In this document: in pieces, positions 28,700 through 39,085 of the stretch
Position numbering within the stretch: the first letter of the stretch is position 1
Layout of the letters: the number at the start of each line of letters is the position of its first letter
Origin: a virus
Reading direction: 5' to 3' (one strand)
DNA: 64,000 nt
Virus record (IMG/VR): IMGVR_UViG_3300042938_001476
Coordinates: 4,966-68,965 of that record
Made by a program: the position numbers and the translations under genes
Notes under the pieces: model-generated
The model's database searches: none
The model's input: the letters and a program-made list of their open reading frames with translations, nothing else
What the model was told of the DNA's origin: nothing

Positions 28700-29011
28700 A
28701 TGGACGAAAATAAAAAAGGCGGTCTTGCGGTTATGATTGGTATGGGTGCAGCTTCTAATGAAGTGGTTTTTACAGCACCGGAAGGAATGGATGTTTCAGA
28801 AATGAAAGAAGGCGAGGAGAAAGAAATCCTTGCTATGGTTCGCTATGATGGCGATGGACAATTTACGTTGGTTTCTGTTGATGGTTACCCACTCGCTGAA
28901 TCTGGACAAGAAGAAATGCCAGAAGGATATGAAGAGGGTGAAGAAAACGAAATGGAAGAAGAAGAAGAATCTTATCCACAACGACTTCAATCCCGCGCAG
29001 GATTGGCATAA
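28700..29011 (+). CDS. small acidic hypothetical protein
   Basis: 103 aa, Glu-rich. Confidence 0.65.
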   Translation: MDENKKGGLAVMIGMGAASNEVVFTAPEGMDVSEMKEGEEKEILAMVRYDGDGQFTLVSVDGYPLAESGQEEMPEGYEEGEENEMEEEEESYPQRLQSRAGLA

Positions 29012-29012
29012 T

Positions 29013-29165
29013 ATGGCGCAAACTCCAGAACACGGAGACTCTGAATACAATCTTCTGCTAAAGATAGCAGAAAACTTTGGCGTTATTGTTGAGCATGGAG
29101 ATTCAAAAGAAGTTTTGCTTTACAAGATTGCTGAAAAAACTTATGAATCAGCAAATCAAACTTAA
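29013..29165 (+). CDS. 50-aa protein made of two HGD..LL.KIA motifs
   Basis: MAQTPEHGDSEYNLLLKIAE...EHGDSKEVLLYKIAE; the same motif starts the next gene. Confidence 0.65.
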   Translation: MAQTPEHGDSEYNLLLKIAENFGVIVEHGDSKEVLLYKIAEKTYESANQT

Positions 29166-29180
29166 TTAGAATTTAAACAT

Positions 29181-31154
29181 ATGGCTCAACAACCCAAACA
29201 CGGAGACGGAAGTTTCAACCTGCTTTATAAAATTGCAGATAATACCTATGATATGTCGCAGGGTGGCGGGGGGGAAACCGGAGCTACAGGTGCTACTGGT
29301 GAAGTTGGAGCTACAGGGAATGTAGGATCAACTGGGGCTACTGGGCCTGCCGCTGACACATCTACATTTGTTCAGAAATCAGGTGATACAATGACAGGTA
29401 AGCTAAATCTTCCTGTATCAACGACATTATCAGCACCAGTTAATATTGGAACTGGTTCCGCTCCTACCTCTCCAATTAATGGTGATGTTTGGCTTACAGG
29501 ATCAAATTTAACATGGAAAGGAACTTCTGCGGATATTCAAGAAGCTGCTACCTTAAAAAAAGCAAACATTTTTACACGGGCACAAGCCGTTCAACTTGGC
29601 ACAACTGACACAGGAATTGGATTAAAAATCACAAATTTAGGGTCTGGCGAATCTTTGAGAATTGAAGATGAATCTCCAGAATCAACGCCATTTGTTGTTT
29701 CTGCGGCAGGCAAAGTTGGTATTGGTGTTATTCCTGACGCTACAGTCTCACTTTCACTCGATACAACAGGAGTTAAATTTGGTGATGGAACCATTCAAAC
29801 TACAGCTACTATTGCAGGGGCAACAGGAGCTACGGGTGCAACAGGAGTAGGTTCCGTTGGGGCAACAGGAGCGACAGGCCCAGCAGCAGACACTTCAACA
29901 TTTGTTCAAAAATCTGGCGACACGATGACTGGTAAGTTAACCTTGCCAGCATCAACAACTGTATCGGCTCCAATAAATATCCCGCATGGGGTTGATCCTG
30001 CATCTCCTTCTAATGGCGATTTGTGGTTGACTGGGACGCTTAAATATAGAGATCAAGCTGGAACAACTCGATTTGTCGCAGACACAAATCGACCCAATAG
30101 TTTTACCCAAAGACAAACCATATCTGCTGATGTATTTACTACTTTGCCTGCGTTGCGAATAACTCAAGAAGGAACTGGAGAAGCATTCCGAGTAGAGGAT
30201 GGCCCCACTCCAGACGCAACTGCTTTTGTCATTAGTAATGCGGGCAGAGTAGGCGTTGGAGTTACACCAGACGCAAGCGTTGCACTTTCTGTTGATACAA
30301 CAGGCATCAAATTCGGTGACGGCACTATTCAGACTACCGCATCTATTTCGGGAGCTACAGGAGCAACAGGAGCAAGCGTGACAGGTGCTACAGGTGCTAC
30401 TGGAACCGCTGGAGTAGACGGAGCGACTGGAGCAACAGGTATTACTGGAGGGGCTGGATCAACTGGAGCTACAGGTATTACTGGCGATGTCGGAGCGACT
30501 GGCGCGACAGGAGTTATTGGCGCGAGCGGTGCAGATGGAACAGGGACAGCATATTACGGACAAGTTTCCCGAATCACAAACGGCACAATATCAATCGCTA
30601 CTGCTGGGACATATCAATCAACCGGATTAACCGCTACGCTCGATTCTGAAAACTTTGGAGTGAGCCTTGGGACAACAGATAGCTTTGCTGTAAAGAATAC
30701 ATCTGGTTCCGCGCAACTTTTCAAAATCTACGGATCGGCAGATATTGATGCAGGAAACAATACGATTCTTGGAATTAAATTGGCACTTAATGGAACTCCG
30801 ATTGACAATACAGAGTGCAATGCGTCAACGGGACAAGGCACTACTTTTGCAAAACTTGTTACAAATTGGATGATAGAATTGCAACCGAATGATGAGGTTG
30901 CCTTGTTCGTTACAAACAAAACTACCGCTGGAAATGTTACCTTGTTGCGCGGCAGGTTGGTTGCATCAACTGTTGGACGGCAAGGAGAAGAGGGTGCTAC
31001 AGGTGCAACTGGCTCAACTCCTGCAAACATTATTTTATCTGATACGACTGGACTTACAGGAGCAACTCAACTTGCAAATATAGTGCAAATTACACAAGCT
31101 GGGTATAACGCTACAACACCATTGTCTAACACACTTTACATTATCGTAGGATGA
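29181..31154 (+). CDS. collagen-like head/tail fibre with duplicated module and BclA/C1q-like domain
   Basis: GAT triplet tracts; two [13 protein letters not shown]...[11 protein letters not shown] modules; [14 protein letters not shown]1q-like strand. Confidence 0.75.
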   Translation: MAQQPKHGDGSFNLLYKIADNTYDMSQGGGGETGATGATGEVGATGNVGSTGATGPAADTSTFVQKSGDTMTGKLNLPVSTTLSAPVNIGTGSAPTSPINGDVWLTGSNLTWKGTSADIQEAATLKKANIFTRAQAVQLGTTDTGIGLKITNLGSGESLRIEDESPESTPFVVSAAGKVGIGVIPDATVSLSLDTTGVKFGDGTIQTTATIAGATGATGATGVGSVGATGATGPAADTSTFVQKSGDTMTGKLTLPASTTVSAPINIPHGVDPASPSNGDLWLTGTLKYRDQAGTTRFVADTNRPNSFTQRQTISADVFTTLPALRITQEGTGEAFRVEDGPTPDATAFVISNAGRVGVGVTPDASVALSVDTTGIKFGDGTIQTTASISGATGATGASVTGATGATGTAGVDGATGATGITGGAGSTGATGITGDVGATGATGVIGASGADGTGTAYYGQVSRITNGTISIATAGTYQSTGLTATLDSENFGVSLGTTDSFAVKNTSGSAQLFKIYGSADIDAGNNTILGIKLALNGTPIDNTECNASTGQGTTFAKLVTNWMIELQPNDEVALFVTNKTTAGNVTLLRGRLVASTVGRQGEEGATGATGSTPANIILSDTTGLTGATQLANIVQITQAGYNATTPLSNTLYIIVG

Positions 31155-32734
31155 TTTTAACCGATTCCAGTGCAGCAAATGTTGGGGCAACTGCTGTAAC
31201 AGCAATTGCATCTGCGACAGGTGCATTTCGTCAGTTCATGTGCTATGCCGACACAACCATTTCCTTGGTTATTTCTGGCACAATCGGTCTTATTAAAAAC
31301 GGAGCAGGAATTCTGACTCTCACTGAAAACAACACCTATTCTGGTGGCACAATGATCAATGATGGTTATGTTGTTGCAGAAAACCAAAACGCTCTTGGGA
31401 CAGGACAGGTCACATTGAATTCAACTAATGCAGGATTGATACTGTCGAACGGAACATACATAAACAATTTATTAGTAACGGACAATCTTAATTCAAAATT
31501 TTTAGGTGTATTTTTTGATGGGATTAACACTTATGCCCCAATTTGGTCTGGCACTATTCTCATCAATGAAACTTCTGCTTTAGGATTTATAATTTCGTCA
31601 GCTTCAGGAGACTCTATAACAATTTCTGGAAATATAAGTGGCGCAGGAAGTATAACCAAACAAAACCCCGGATTCCTTTTTTTAAGTGGTAATAACAGTT
31701 TTACAGGAGGAATCACTATTAGTTCAAACGGGGGAATTGTTGTTGTAAATAATAACAACGCTTTAGGGACAGGAAGTGCAACATTGGCAGGGTCAAATGC
31801 AAAAATTTATATTGGCAATGGAGTTACAATTTCAAATACAATAATTGTTTCTGATACTGGAGGTCAAAAAACCATACTGGTTGAAACAGGAGAGTCTGCT
31901 GTTATTTCTAATGTTACTAACAATGAGACAGGTTTTGGAAATTTTAGATTTGATACCGAGAGCGCAGCATTATTAAATGTTGCAGGAGTTATCAGCGGAG
32001 TTGGATCAATTACAAAAATAGGAACAGGACTTTTGACTCTCTCTGGCACTTGCAACTACACGGGGCAAACGCAAATCAACTCTGGAACGCTTGAAGTTAC
32101 AGGAGCATCAACGCTCAACGGAGTTATTAGCGGATCAGGAACATTAAGAAAAACTGGAACGGCAGTTTTAACAATAGGTGGGAACAATACTTACTCTGGA
32201 GGAACATCGTATGTTGCCGCAGGAACAAGTGCTTATATATTATGCACATCAAGCAATGCTTTTGGAACGGGACTTCTTACTGTGTCCAACGCTGTAGGAC
32301 GCATCGACACAGGGAGTAATGTAACCCTACCTAATAATTTTCAATTAACTACTGCCCTGCAGATTCGCACTCTTGGAGCAAACACGATAACAGTTTCAGG
32401 TAATATTGCAGGAGGCGGAAGCTTGACTAAATCGGGCAACGGAACCCTTATTCTGTCTGGAACATTAACCTACACAGGGCAAACAATTATTACTGGACTC
32501 TTGCGAGCGTTCCAAACAACTGGAGCATCAACCGCGACCGCAACATTTAACTCGGCTGGCTCATTCATTGCTGTTTCGTTCAATGTTTCACCTCCGTCTG
32601 GTGTTACAACTTTCCGATTTTTCCAAGGCTCGACAGCAAGCACTTGGGGCTTAGGAACTTTGACAGGCGTCCCTGCTGGAACAACGGCGACCTATAATTC
32701 AACAAACTCAACCCTTTCAGTTACAGTCCCATGA
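31151..32734 (+). CDS. autotransporter-associated beta-strand (PATR) repeat protein
   Basis: Repeated K.G.G.LTLSG.NTYSGGT.I..G units. Confidence 0.85.
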   Translation: MILTDSSAANVGATAVTAIASATGAFRQFMCYADTTISLVISGTIGLIKNGAGILTLTENNTYSGGTMINDGYVVAENQNALGTGQVTLNSTNAGLILSNGTYINNLLVTDNLNSKFLGVFFDGINTYAPIWSGTILINETSALGFIISSASGDSITISGNISGAGSITKQNPGFLFLSGNNSFTGGITISSNGGIVVVNNNNALGTGSATLAGSNAKIYIGNGVTISNTIIVSDTGGQKTILVETGESAVISNVTNNETGFGNFRFDTESAALLNVAGVISGVGSITKIGTGLLTLSGTCNYTGQTQINSGTLEVTGASTLNGVISGSGTLRKTGTAVLTIGGNNTYSGGTSYVAAGTSAYILCTSSNAFGTGLLTVSNAVGRIDTGSNVTLPNNFQLTTALQIRTLGANTITVSGNIAGGGSLTKSGNGTLILSGTLTYTGQTIITGLLRAFQTTGASTATATFNSAGSFIAVSFNVSPPSGVTTFRFFQGSTASTWGLGTLTGVPAGTTATYNSTNSTLSVTVP

Positions 32735-32946
32735 TCATTACTCCAAGTGCAAATGGCTGGTCATACGACGATTCTGTTGGAATGTGGAAATTGGCATATG
32801 AAGAGAAAACCATTATTTTCTACCAACAAACAAACCAATCAATTGCGACTCCTCAAACATTATTTGTAGGCACTGAACAAGAGTGCGAAGATCAGATTAA
32901 ATTACTCGACCTTAAATACCCAGAACAAACAGAAGAAACAGAATAA
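32731..32946 (+). CDS. hypothetical protein
   Basis: 71 aa, ATGA-coupled. Confidence 0.55.
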   Translation: MIITPSANGWSYDDSVGMWKLAYEEKTIIFYQQTNQSIATPQTLFVGTEQECEDQIKLLDLKYPEQTEETE

Positions 32947-33128
32947 TGGACACGAACTCATTTAACGCAGGAGCCGCAGGGATGATAGCAACCGCAACAA
33001 GCATTGGGATTTCTATGCTTCCAGCAATAGAACAATGGCTCCGCATGGGTTCTCTTTGCATTGGTATTGTAGTTGGCATAGCATCACTTGCTGTTATCAT
33101 CAGAAACTGGAACAAGAATAAAAACTAA
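32946..33128 (+). CDS. small membrane protein, holin-like
   Basis: Two hydrophobic stretches and a basic C-terminus. Confidence 0.5.
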   Translation: MDTNSFNAGAAGMIATATSIGISMLPAIEQWLRMGSLCIGIVVGIASLAVIIRNWNKNKN

Positions 33129-33129
33129 T

Positions 33130-34398
33130 ATGCCTATCACATTTCCAACACCAACAACTATTGGGGAGCAATTTTCATCTGGCGGGAAAACATGGCAATG
33201 GAACGGATATGCGTGGGATTCCATAGCTAATGCCTCCGCTCTTGGAGCTACTGGGGCGACTGGAGTTGGGCAAATCGGAGCAACGGGAACAACAGGCGCA
33301 ACTGGGCCTGCTGGAACAACAGCTCCACTTTACCAAGCAACATATTATAAAAGTGCAAATCAAAACTTAGTTAATCCAAATACCGATATTACATTTGACC
33401 AAGATGCCTCTTGGAACAACGACAATGGATTAATTACACATACGGCTGGATCAACAGATTTTGTAGTAGTTCAAGCTGGACTTTATCAACTTGAGTTTAA
33501 TCTTTCTGTAAATGCAAACGGTGCAACTTGGAATACAAGCACGAATAAAACAGTTTCAATAGACATCATTCGCTCCCCTGGTGCGGAGCAAGTTGTCATT
33601 GGTCAAACTGCCGTTGCGGCATCAACTCAAAATTTTACTCAAAACGTTGTTTCTACCTTCAACCTTGAAGCTGGCGATATAATTAATCTTCGTCATTTTG
33701 GAAACTTTGCAACAGCAACTCCATTTGCTCAAGGAGTCCTAAATACCATTGACCTTAATACATGGTTTTCTTGGAGGCTTCTTGCTTCTGGAACTCAAGG
33801 TTTAACTGGAGCAAGCGGAGCTACAGGTGCAAGCGGAATTGGTTCTGTTGGAGCAACCGGAGCAACTGGGCCAAGTGCCAACCTCTCTAACTATGTTCTT
33901 AAGGCTGGCGACACGATGACTGGGAAGTTAAATCTTCCTGCATCCACAACAACGGAAGCTGGATTAAATATCGGTAACGGAGTTACTTCTACCACACCCC
34001 AGCAGGGTGACATATGGATGAGTGGAAATATCTTGCGATATTTTGGAGTAGCAGTAAGAGATGTTGCTGTCACAAATTCGACAAATGTGTTTCTCTCTGG
34101 TCAAAGTATCAATGGTTCTACATCTACCCCTGCACTTCGCATTACGCAAACAGGAGCGGGAGAGGCGTTACGAGTTGAAGATGAAACAACTCCAGACGCA
34201 ACTGCTTTTGTTATTTCCAACACAGGCAGGGTTGGTATTGGAGTTACGCCAGATGCAAGTGTATCTTTGTCATTAGATTCGACGGGAGTTAAATTTAACG
34301 ATGGAACAATTCAAACTACGGCAATGATAAACCCAAATCCAAGTGGAACATTTACATTAAAATCAATCGATGGAGTTATTACTTGGGTATCTGGATAA
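33130..34398 (+). CDS. collagen-like fibre with C1q-like domain
   Basis: ITFPTP..G..F..GGKTWQWNG N-terminus, VQAGLYQL/LEAGDII C1q-like motifs, GDTMTGKL module shared with 29181-31154. Confidence 0.75.
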   Translation: MPITFPTPTTIGEQFSSGGKTWQWNGYAWDSIANASALGATGATGVGQIGATGTTGATGPAGTTAPLYQATYYKSANQNLVNPNTDITFDQDASWNNDNGLITHTAGSTDFVVVQAGLYQLEFNLSVNANGATWNTSTNKTVSIDIIRSPGAEQVVIGQTAVAASTQNFTQNVVSTFNLEAGDIINLRHFGNFATATPFAQGVLNTIDLNTWFSWRLLASGTQGLTGASGATGASGIGSVGATGATGPSANLSNYVLKAGDTMTGKLNLPASTTTEAGLNIGNGVTSTTPQQGDIWMSGNILRYFGVAVRDVAVTNSTNVFLSGQSINGSTSTPALRITQTGAGEALRVEDETTPDATAFVISNTGRVGIGVTPDASVSLSLDSTGVKFNDGTIQTTAMINPNPSGTFTLKSIDGVITWVSG

Positions 34399-34406
34399 TT
34401 TAAAAT

Positions 34407-34697
34407 ATGAAAACACTATTACTAAAAACACTATCATTTCTTACTGGAGCATCTAAATCTGTATTGGAATTTATTATTCCAATCTTAAAAGATAGCACTG
34501 CGAATATCTTAAAGGCACTGCTTCCAATTGCTGTTGAGGTTGTATCTTCCTTGGTAGACTCTTCTGCAAGTGGAGATGAAAAACGCAAAATTGCTGGAGA
34601 GAGAATCAAGCAGGCCGCGCTTAAAGAGGGTATGGATGCCTCTACAAGGGCAGTAAACCTTGCAATTGAACTGGCTCTTTCCCGTATCGGAAAATGA
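34407..34697 (+). CDS. holin-like / lysis-associated protein
   Basis: SGDEKRK.A...AVNLAIELA pattern; position in lysis cassette. Confidence 0.45.
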   Translation: MKTLLLKTLSFLTGASKSVLEFIIPILKDSTANILKALLPIAVEVVSSLVDSSASGDEKRKIAGERIKQAALKEGMDASTRAVNLAIELALSRIGK

Positions 34698-35155
34698 ACG
34701 GAGACAAGCCATGGTGGCAGAGTAGGACGATCATTGGAATCGTTGTTATGCTGCTCGCTCAAGCTTTAAAGTGGTTCAATGTAGATATCATAAACGAAGA
34801 GCTTACGGACATTGTTACTATTGCTATGGAGACGGTAGGTGCAGGACTTGCTGTTTACGGGCGCGTGAAGGCTCGTAAGACGCTTCGCAGGACAAGACCA
34901 GGGGGATCATTCAATCCGAGTGCAGAAGTGCGTAAAGCAAAGCCTGCGAGAAATAAGATATTCGGTTTGCTTTTGGTAATGACTGCATGCTCGTATGGTC
35001 AGATGTATCCGTCTAATGTTTGGTATGAAAACCCTATCAAGTTTACCGAAATTGTAGATCAACGCTCATTCCTTGTTAGGCTTATTGATAGCCTTAAGTG
35101 CAGCGTTGTATTGTTCCCGCTAAAGGGAGAGATCAAGGGTTCTGCTGACTTTTAA
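34694..35155 (+). CDS. membrane protein, putative holin
   Basis: KPWWQSRTIIG followed by TM helices and AVYGRVKA; immediately upstream of endolysin. Confidence 0.55.
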   Translation: MNGDKPWWQSRTIIGIVVMLLAQALKWFNVDIINEELTDIVTIAMETVGAGLAVYGRVKARKTLRRTRPGGSFNPSAEVRKAKPARNKIFGLLLVMTACSYGQMYPSNVWYENPIKFTEIVDQRSFLVRLIDSLKCSVVLFPLKGEIKGSADF

Positions 35156-35157
35156 TT

Positions 35158-35712
35158 ATGCTTAAAAAAATCGACATGGCTGGATTCATCTTGGATTCAG
35201 AAGCCCGTAGGGACAAGCAAGGAAACCTCAAGGTCTATGATCTACCTGCCGCTGATGGTGGTGGATCGTATGAGGTTGCCGGAATCAATGATCGCTATCA
35301 TCCAGAAGCTGCGAGGAAGTTGAAGAACCTTATTCAAGAGGGTAAGCATTTTGAAGCAGAAGAATATGCAAAGGCATATCTAATGGACTACACAAATGTA
35401 GTTAGCAACTGGACTCGCAACCCTGCTGTTGAGGCATTCCTTCGTGACACAGCCTTTAATCGAGGGCCGAAAGGTGCATTGCGTATTTTGCAGATTGCTC
35501 TTGGAGTTCCGCACGATGGCAAGTGGGGGGCGATTACTGAATCGGCTATGGGTAAGTATACACCTTCTGAACTATTGGAGAGGCTACGCAAGGCAAGGGA
35601 GACATATGAGCTTCGTATAGCACCTCCGGTTGGAGCGAGAAAGCAGTTCTGGGCAGGTCTTCAAAACAGGTGGGACAATGCGCTAAAGTTTAGTAAGGGA
35701 TTTATTGTTTAA
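35158..35712 (+). CDS. endolysin, glycoside hydrolase family 108-like
   Basis: DGGG...AGI, DTAFNRG...LQIALGV..DG.WG..T, FWAGLQNR. Confidence 0.8.
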   Translation: MLKKIDMAGFILDSEARRDKQGNLKVYDLPAADGGGSYEVAGINDRYHPEAARKLKNLIQEGKHFEAEEYAKAYLMDYTNVVSNWTRNPAVEAFLRDTAFNRGPKGALRILQIALGVPHDGKWGAITESAMGKYTPSELLERLRKARETYELRIAPPVGARKQFWAGLQNRWDNALKFSKGFIV

Positions 35713-35847
35713 CAATTATGGAACAAAAAGATAGTCAGACCAAAGAGTTGGAAAAAGAAAACGCAAAACTTAAAGGAATTCTAAGGCAATGTCTCAAGGC
35801 AAGGCAGATTGCCCATGTAAAACAAATCATTAGAGAGGTATTTACAA

Positions 35848-36792
35848 ATGAGTGATAAAAAAAGCTGGAAAGATAGGGCTATGGAAATGATAGGCGTTGA
35901 GAGCGAACCTCCAAGGCAACGCAAAACATTCTCTACTGAAAAGAAAACGCTTCAAGCATCTGGAGATGAAAACATTCCTAAAGAGGTTTTAAGTAGGTAT
36001 GATGAGCTTTATAAATCTGGAGTTAAAAACATTTCACTTGAAGACTTGATTACTGATTACTACGGAGGATCAGAGAATCTTCAAGCGGAAATATCAAAGG
36101 CAAAGGAAACCAGGTCAACGCGAAATCCTAAATCATACGAGGATAAATCAATGGAGATGTATTATGATAGAATTGCTGAAAAAATTCCAGTTCGTTCAAG
36201 TAAAACATTAGCTCCTCATTATACTCCAGATGACAAAGAGGCCGTTGTATCAGACCCAGAATCATACATTAAGTTCCTCGCGCAAGTTGCAGAAAAGGGA
36301 TTAAGCGGATCGAAAAAAGATCAAGAAGAGTTTAATAAATTTCTTGAAAAAAACAAATACACACGCAGCGACTATGCTGAAATGATGGGCAATCCATTAA
36401 GCCAATACATGGGAGCGGTTGAGCATGAGGTTGGGCATCACGCGACAGGGCCAAGAGAAGGTAATCTTGGAATGACATTTACACATATGTCAGATAAGGG
36501 CGAGCTTTCCAATCAACTTGGCAGAATCCAGCGAGAAGCATATCAGTTGTATGGAGAAAGATTTACACCTGATACCCTTGAAGATTTTATGGTTCAACAA
36601 GAAAATGTTCCAGAAAAAGAACGATTTAAGAATTTTTCTCCAGATACAAGGCGCGGGCTTCGTGAATTGTATGACGCATACAAAGGTGAGAATCCAATGC
36701 TTAAAGAGAATCAAAGAATTTGGCCTGCTGCAAAGGCAAGGATTCCAGAGTTTGTTAAAAATAAACAATCTGAAAAAAATAAAACCGTATGA
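35848..36792 (+). CDS. hypothetical protein with HExxH zincin motif
   Basis: AVEHEVGHH plus downstream Glu (DKGEL). Confidence 0.55.
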   Translation: MSDKKSWKDRAMEMIGVESEPPRQRKTFSTEKKTLQASGDENIPKEVLSRYDELYKSGVKNISLEDLITDYYGGSENLQAEISKAKETRSTRNPKSYEDKSMEMYYDRIAEKIPVRSSKTLAPHYTPDDKEAVVSDPESYIKFLAQVAEKGLSGSKKDQEEFNKFLEKNKYTRSDYAEMMGNPLSQYMGAVEHEVGHHATGPREGNLGMTFTHMSDKGELSNQLGRIQREAYQLYGERFTPDTLEDFMVQQENVPEKERFKNFSPDTRRGLRELYDAYKGENPMLKENQRIWPAAKARIPEFVKNKQSEKNKTV

Positions 36793-37076
36793 GTGATGCA
36801 ATCAAATCAGCGATGAAACGGCTTGGTGTGTCCGGTGTGAATAAACCAAAACGGACACCAGGTCATCCAACGAAAAGCCATGTTGTGCTTGCTAAAGAAG
36901 GGTCAAAAGTTAAGACAATTCGATTTGGACAACAGAATGTATCCGGTTCACCAAAGCGTGAAGGAGAATCTGAGGCTGATCGTAAGCGTAGGGCATCATT
37001 CAAAGCTCGGCATGCAAAGGGAATTGCAACAGGAAAGATGTCTGGAAGTTATTGGGCTTCGAGAACTAAATGGTGA
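36789..37076 (+). CDS. conserved small basic phage protein
   Basis: NKPKRTPGHPTKSHVV..IRFGQ..RRASFKARH..YW pattern familiar from aquatic phages. Confidence 0.7.
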   Translation: MSDAIKSAMKRLGVSGVNKPKRTPGHPTKSHVVLAKEGSKVKTIRFGQQNVSGSPKREGESEADRKRRASFKARHAKGIATGKMSGSYWASRTKW

Positions 37077-37113
37077 CAAACCAATAGTTTACGCAAGCGT
37101 ATTAAAATTCTTT

Positions 37114-37141
37114 TTGACTTGTTCACATTTATTGTTAGTAT
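37114..37141 (+). promoter_or_regulatory. sigma70-like promoter
   Basis: TTGACT-N16-TAGTAT with TGn, 9 nt before ATG 37151. Confidence 0.55.
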
Positions 37142-37150
37142 CCCAACAAC

Positions 37151-37435
37151 ATGAAACACATCTTCATTAAAATTGATGGAGTGAAATGGAAGATTCTTTT
37201 TAAGAAACCAACGCCAAACGATTACATTGGAGTTGAAGAAGATGACATTGGCCTTTGTGTATCTGAAGACAAAAAGATATTTGTCACGCCAGACCCAGAC
37301 ATGGTTCTTGGCACTGCAATGCACGAAGTCCTTCATGCCGCATTCCCTCAACTAAACGAGGATGCTATTATTGTTGGAGAGAAAGCCCTTGTTGAACTTC
37401 TGGACAAATTCCCTAAAGAACTATTACAAAAATGA
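37151..37435 (+). CDS. small HExxH metallopeptidase-like protein
   Basis: GLC...KIFV...TAMHEVLHA. Confidence 0.7.
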   Translation: MKHIFIKIDGVKWKILFKKPTPNDYIGVEEDDIGLCVSEDKKIFVTPDPDMVLGTAMHEVLHAAFPQLNEDAIIVGEKALVELLDKFPKELLQK

Positions 37436-37662
37436 GCCTGCGTTATGAACAACTAAGTTCCCTTGTTAAAACACAGAAGTTCCTGCGTGATCTTTTGTAT
37501 ACAGACACTCGACCTAAAAAAGTATCTGAACTGAAAGAACGGGCATACAGATGCCTTCGTCACTTCCCTCATCTAAAGGAAAATGGAGAGCCAATGTGGA
37601 GTCAGGATGACTTCCCGTGTCCTAAAATTCAACTCACAGAAGAAAATGGCAACAATAAATAA
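37432..37662 (+). CDS. hypothetical protein
   Basis: 76 aa, FLRDL...A.RCLRHFP. Confidence 0.6.
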   Translation: MSLRYEQLSSLVKTQKFLRDLLYTDTRPKKVSELKERAYRCLRHFPHLKENGEPMWSQDDFPCPKIQLTEENGNNK

Positions 37663-38380
37663 ACAATGGAAGAAATGGATGGCTGTTAGCTGTTCTCATG
37701 GAGATCACCTTGACCCAGAAGCCAGAGACGCTGTGCTTCGATTTAAGGAGCAGTTTCGCCCTAATACCACCATTCACCTTGGAGACTTTATTGACGCAGC
37801 AGCGGCCCGTTCTGGAGCAATGAATGACCCAAATGCAGCGGATCGTGCAGCGTCAGTAGCGGAAGACCTTTCTGCGGGTGTAGATTTTTTGCAGGAGCTT
37901 CGTCCAAATCATATTTTATACGGAAACCATGAGGATAGATTGTTCAGGCTTGCCAATTCGCCTAATGCGTTAGCGGCTCATGCTGCAACATTAGTTATTC
38001 AAGAGATCGAGAAGACTGCAAAGAACCTCAAAGCCAGAACATATCCATACGATATGCAGTCACATCCTATAATTGGAGGCACAAAGTTTATCCACGGTTT
38101 CATGTATAACGTAGCCAGTATTAGGGATCATGCGGAGACATTTGGAAATTGCGTCATGGGGCATGTGCATCGCACTGGCATAGAACAAGCAAGGACGCTA
38201 AATGGAGCTACAGGATATTCAGTTGGTATGCTGATGCGCTTTGGTGCTGACTATTCCAAAACAAAACGCCAAACGCTTGCTTGGACGCAAGGATTTGGTT
38301 ACGGATTTTACACAGACACACAAATAACAGTAAATATATGCGAACGAAAAAGGGGAAACCCGTGGATGTTGCCGCTATAA
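37646..38380 (+). CDS. calcineurin-like metallophosphoesterase
   Basis: SCSHG, LGDFID, GNHE, FIHG, GHVH motifs. Confidence 0.85.
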   Translation: MATINKQWKKWMAVSCSHGDHLDPEARDAVLRFKEQFRPNTTIHLGDFIDAAAARSGAMNDPNAADRAASVAEDLSAGVDFLQELRPNHILYGNHEDRLFRLANSPNALAAHAATLVIQEIEKTAKNLKARTYPYDMQSHPIIGGTKFIHGFMYNVASIRDHAETFGNCVMGHVHRTGIEQARTLNGATGYSVGMLMRFGADYSKTKRQTLAWTQGFGYGFYTDTQITVNICERKRGNPWMLPL

Positions 38381-38601
38381 ACTCTGCTTGGCAGGGTTTG
38401 TTTGACCAAAACAAAACTAATTCTATTGAAGAGCTTAAAAAGGATGGGTGGATTTCCATCTATGAAGCCTCCAAGAAAATGAATAGAACAAGAGCAGCTA
38501 CAAAAGCAGCCCTTGAAAAGATAGGGGCCGAATACCAACTGTTTCCAATTCTCGTTGGTGGAATTGCAAGAAGAACTGGGTTCTTTAGGCTTAAATGCTG
38601 A
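38338..38601 (+). CDS. small putative HTH protein
   Basis: GWISIYEASKKMNRTR helix-turn-helix-like segment. Confidence 0.5.
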   Translation: MRTKKGKPVDVAAINSAWQGLFDQNKTNSIEELKKDGWISIYEASKKMNRTRAATKAALEKIGAEYQLFPILVGGIARRTGFFRLKC

Positions 38602-38602
38602 A

Positions 38603-38630
38603 GGGGGAGAGGATTTTAACCCCCTCCCCC
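38603..38630. terminator. GC hairpin at convergence of + and - transcription
   Basis: gggggag...ctccccc stem between convergent genes; no clear U tract. Confidence 0.5.
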
Positions 38631-38680
38631 ACCATGAACACACAAGCCTGGACACACACACGCACCCAGCTATGTGTAAT

Positions 38681-39085
38681 CTATTTTATTACTTCCCAAT
38701 AGTCAACTGGATAATTAATTTCTATTTCTGTTTTTTCTTGATCGAAGGATTTGACTTTTTCTTGCTCGACTTGGAGGCGGATTGTCCATGGGTTGTCTTC
38801 AGGTAGGATTCCAGAGTGTCGCAAGCCATCGAGTAGATTCTTTGTGGACGCTGCGGCGTTGTCAGGATCAAGACATCGGACTCTGAACAGAGTGAAGCGG
38901 ACTTCAATGCGTCCAACAGCAAGTCCCAAGCCAGCTTTTTTTCTTTGTACTGGACTGCCCAGTGCTGGCGCATGGTTTTGTTTAACGAAGGGGTTCTGTA
39001 TAGTACTGTTAGTTTTAGTTGCATTGGCTTGTAAAAATGATTGTGAGGCGTTTGGGAAGGCAAGCATTAGTTCTTTTTGGGTCAT
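38681..39085 (-). CDS. rusA: RusA-like Holliday junction resolvase, catalytic (C-terminal) frame
   Basis: RCLDPDN...KNLLDGL...GILPEDN matches RusA DxDN/K/D/DD catalytic pattern. Confidence 0.75.
   Translation of the reverse strand: MTQKELMLAFPNASQSFLQANATKTNSTIQNPFVKQNHAPALGSPVQRKKAGLGLAVGRIEVRFTLFRVRCLDPDNAAASTKNLLDGLRHSGILPEDNPWTIRLQVEQEKVKSFDQEKTEIEINYPVDYWEVIK
38722..39024 (-). CDS. overlapping ORF carrying the RusA-type N-terminal PSxN motif
   Basis: MQLKLTVLYRTPSLNKTMRQHW...KEKK; nested in another frame of the rusA ORF. Confidence 0.55.
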   Translation of the reverse strand: MQLKLTVLYRTPSLNKTMRQHWAVQYKEKKLAWDLLLDALKSASLCSESDVLILTTPQRPQRIYSMACDTLESYLKTTHGQSASKSSKKKSNPSIKKKQK

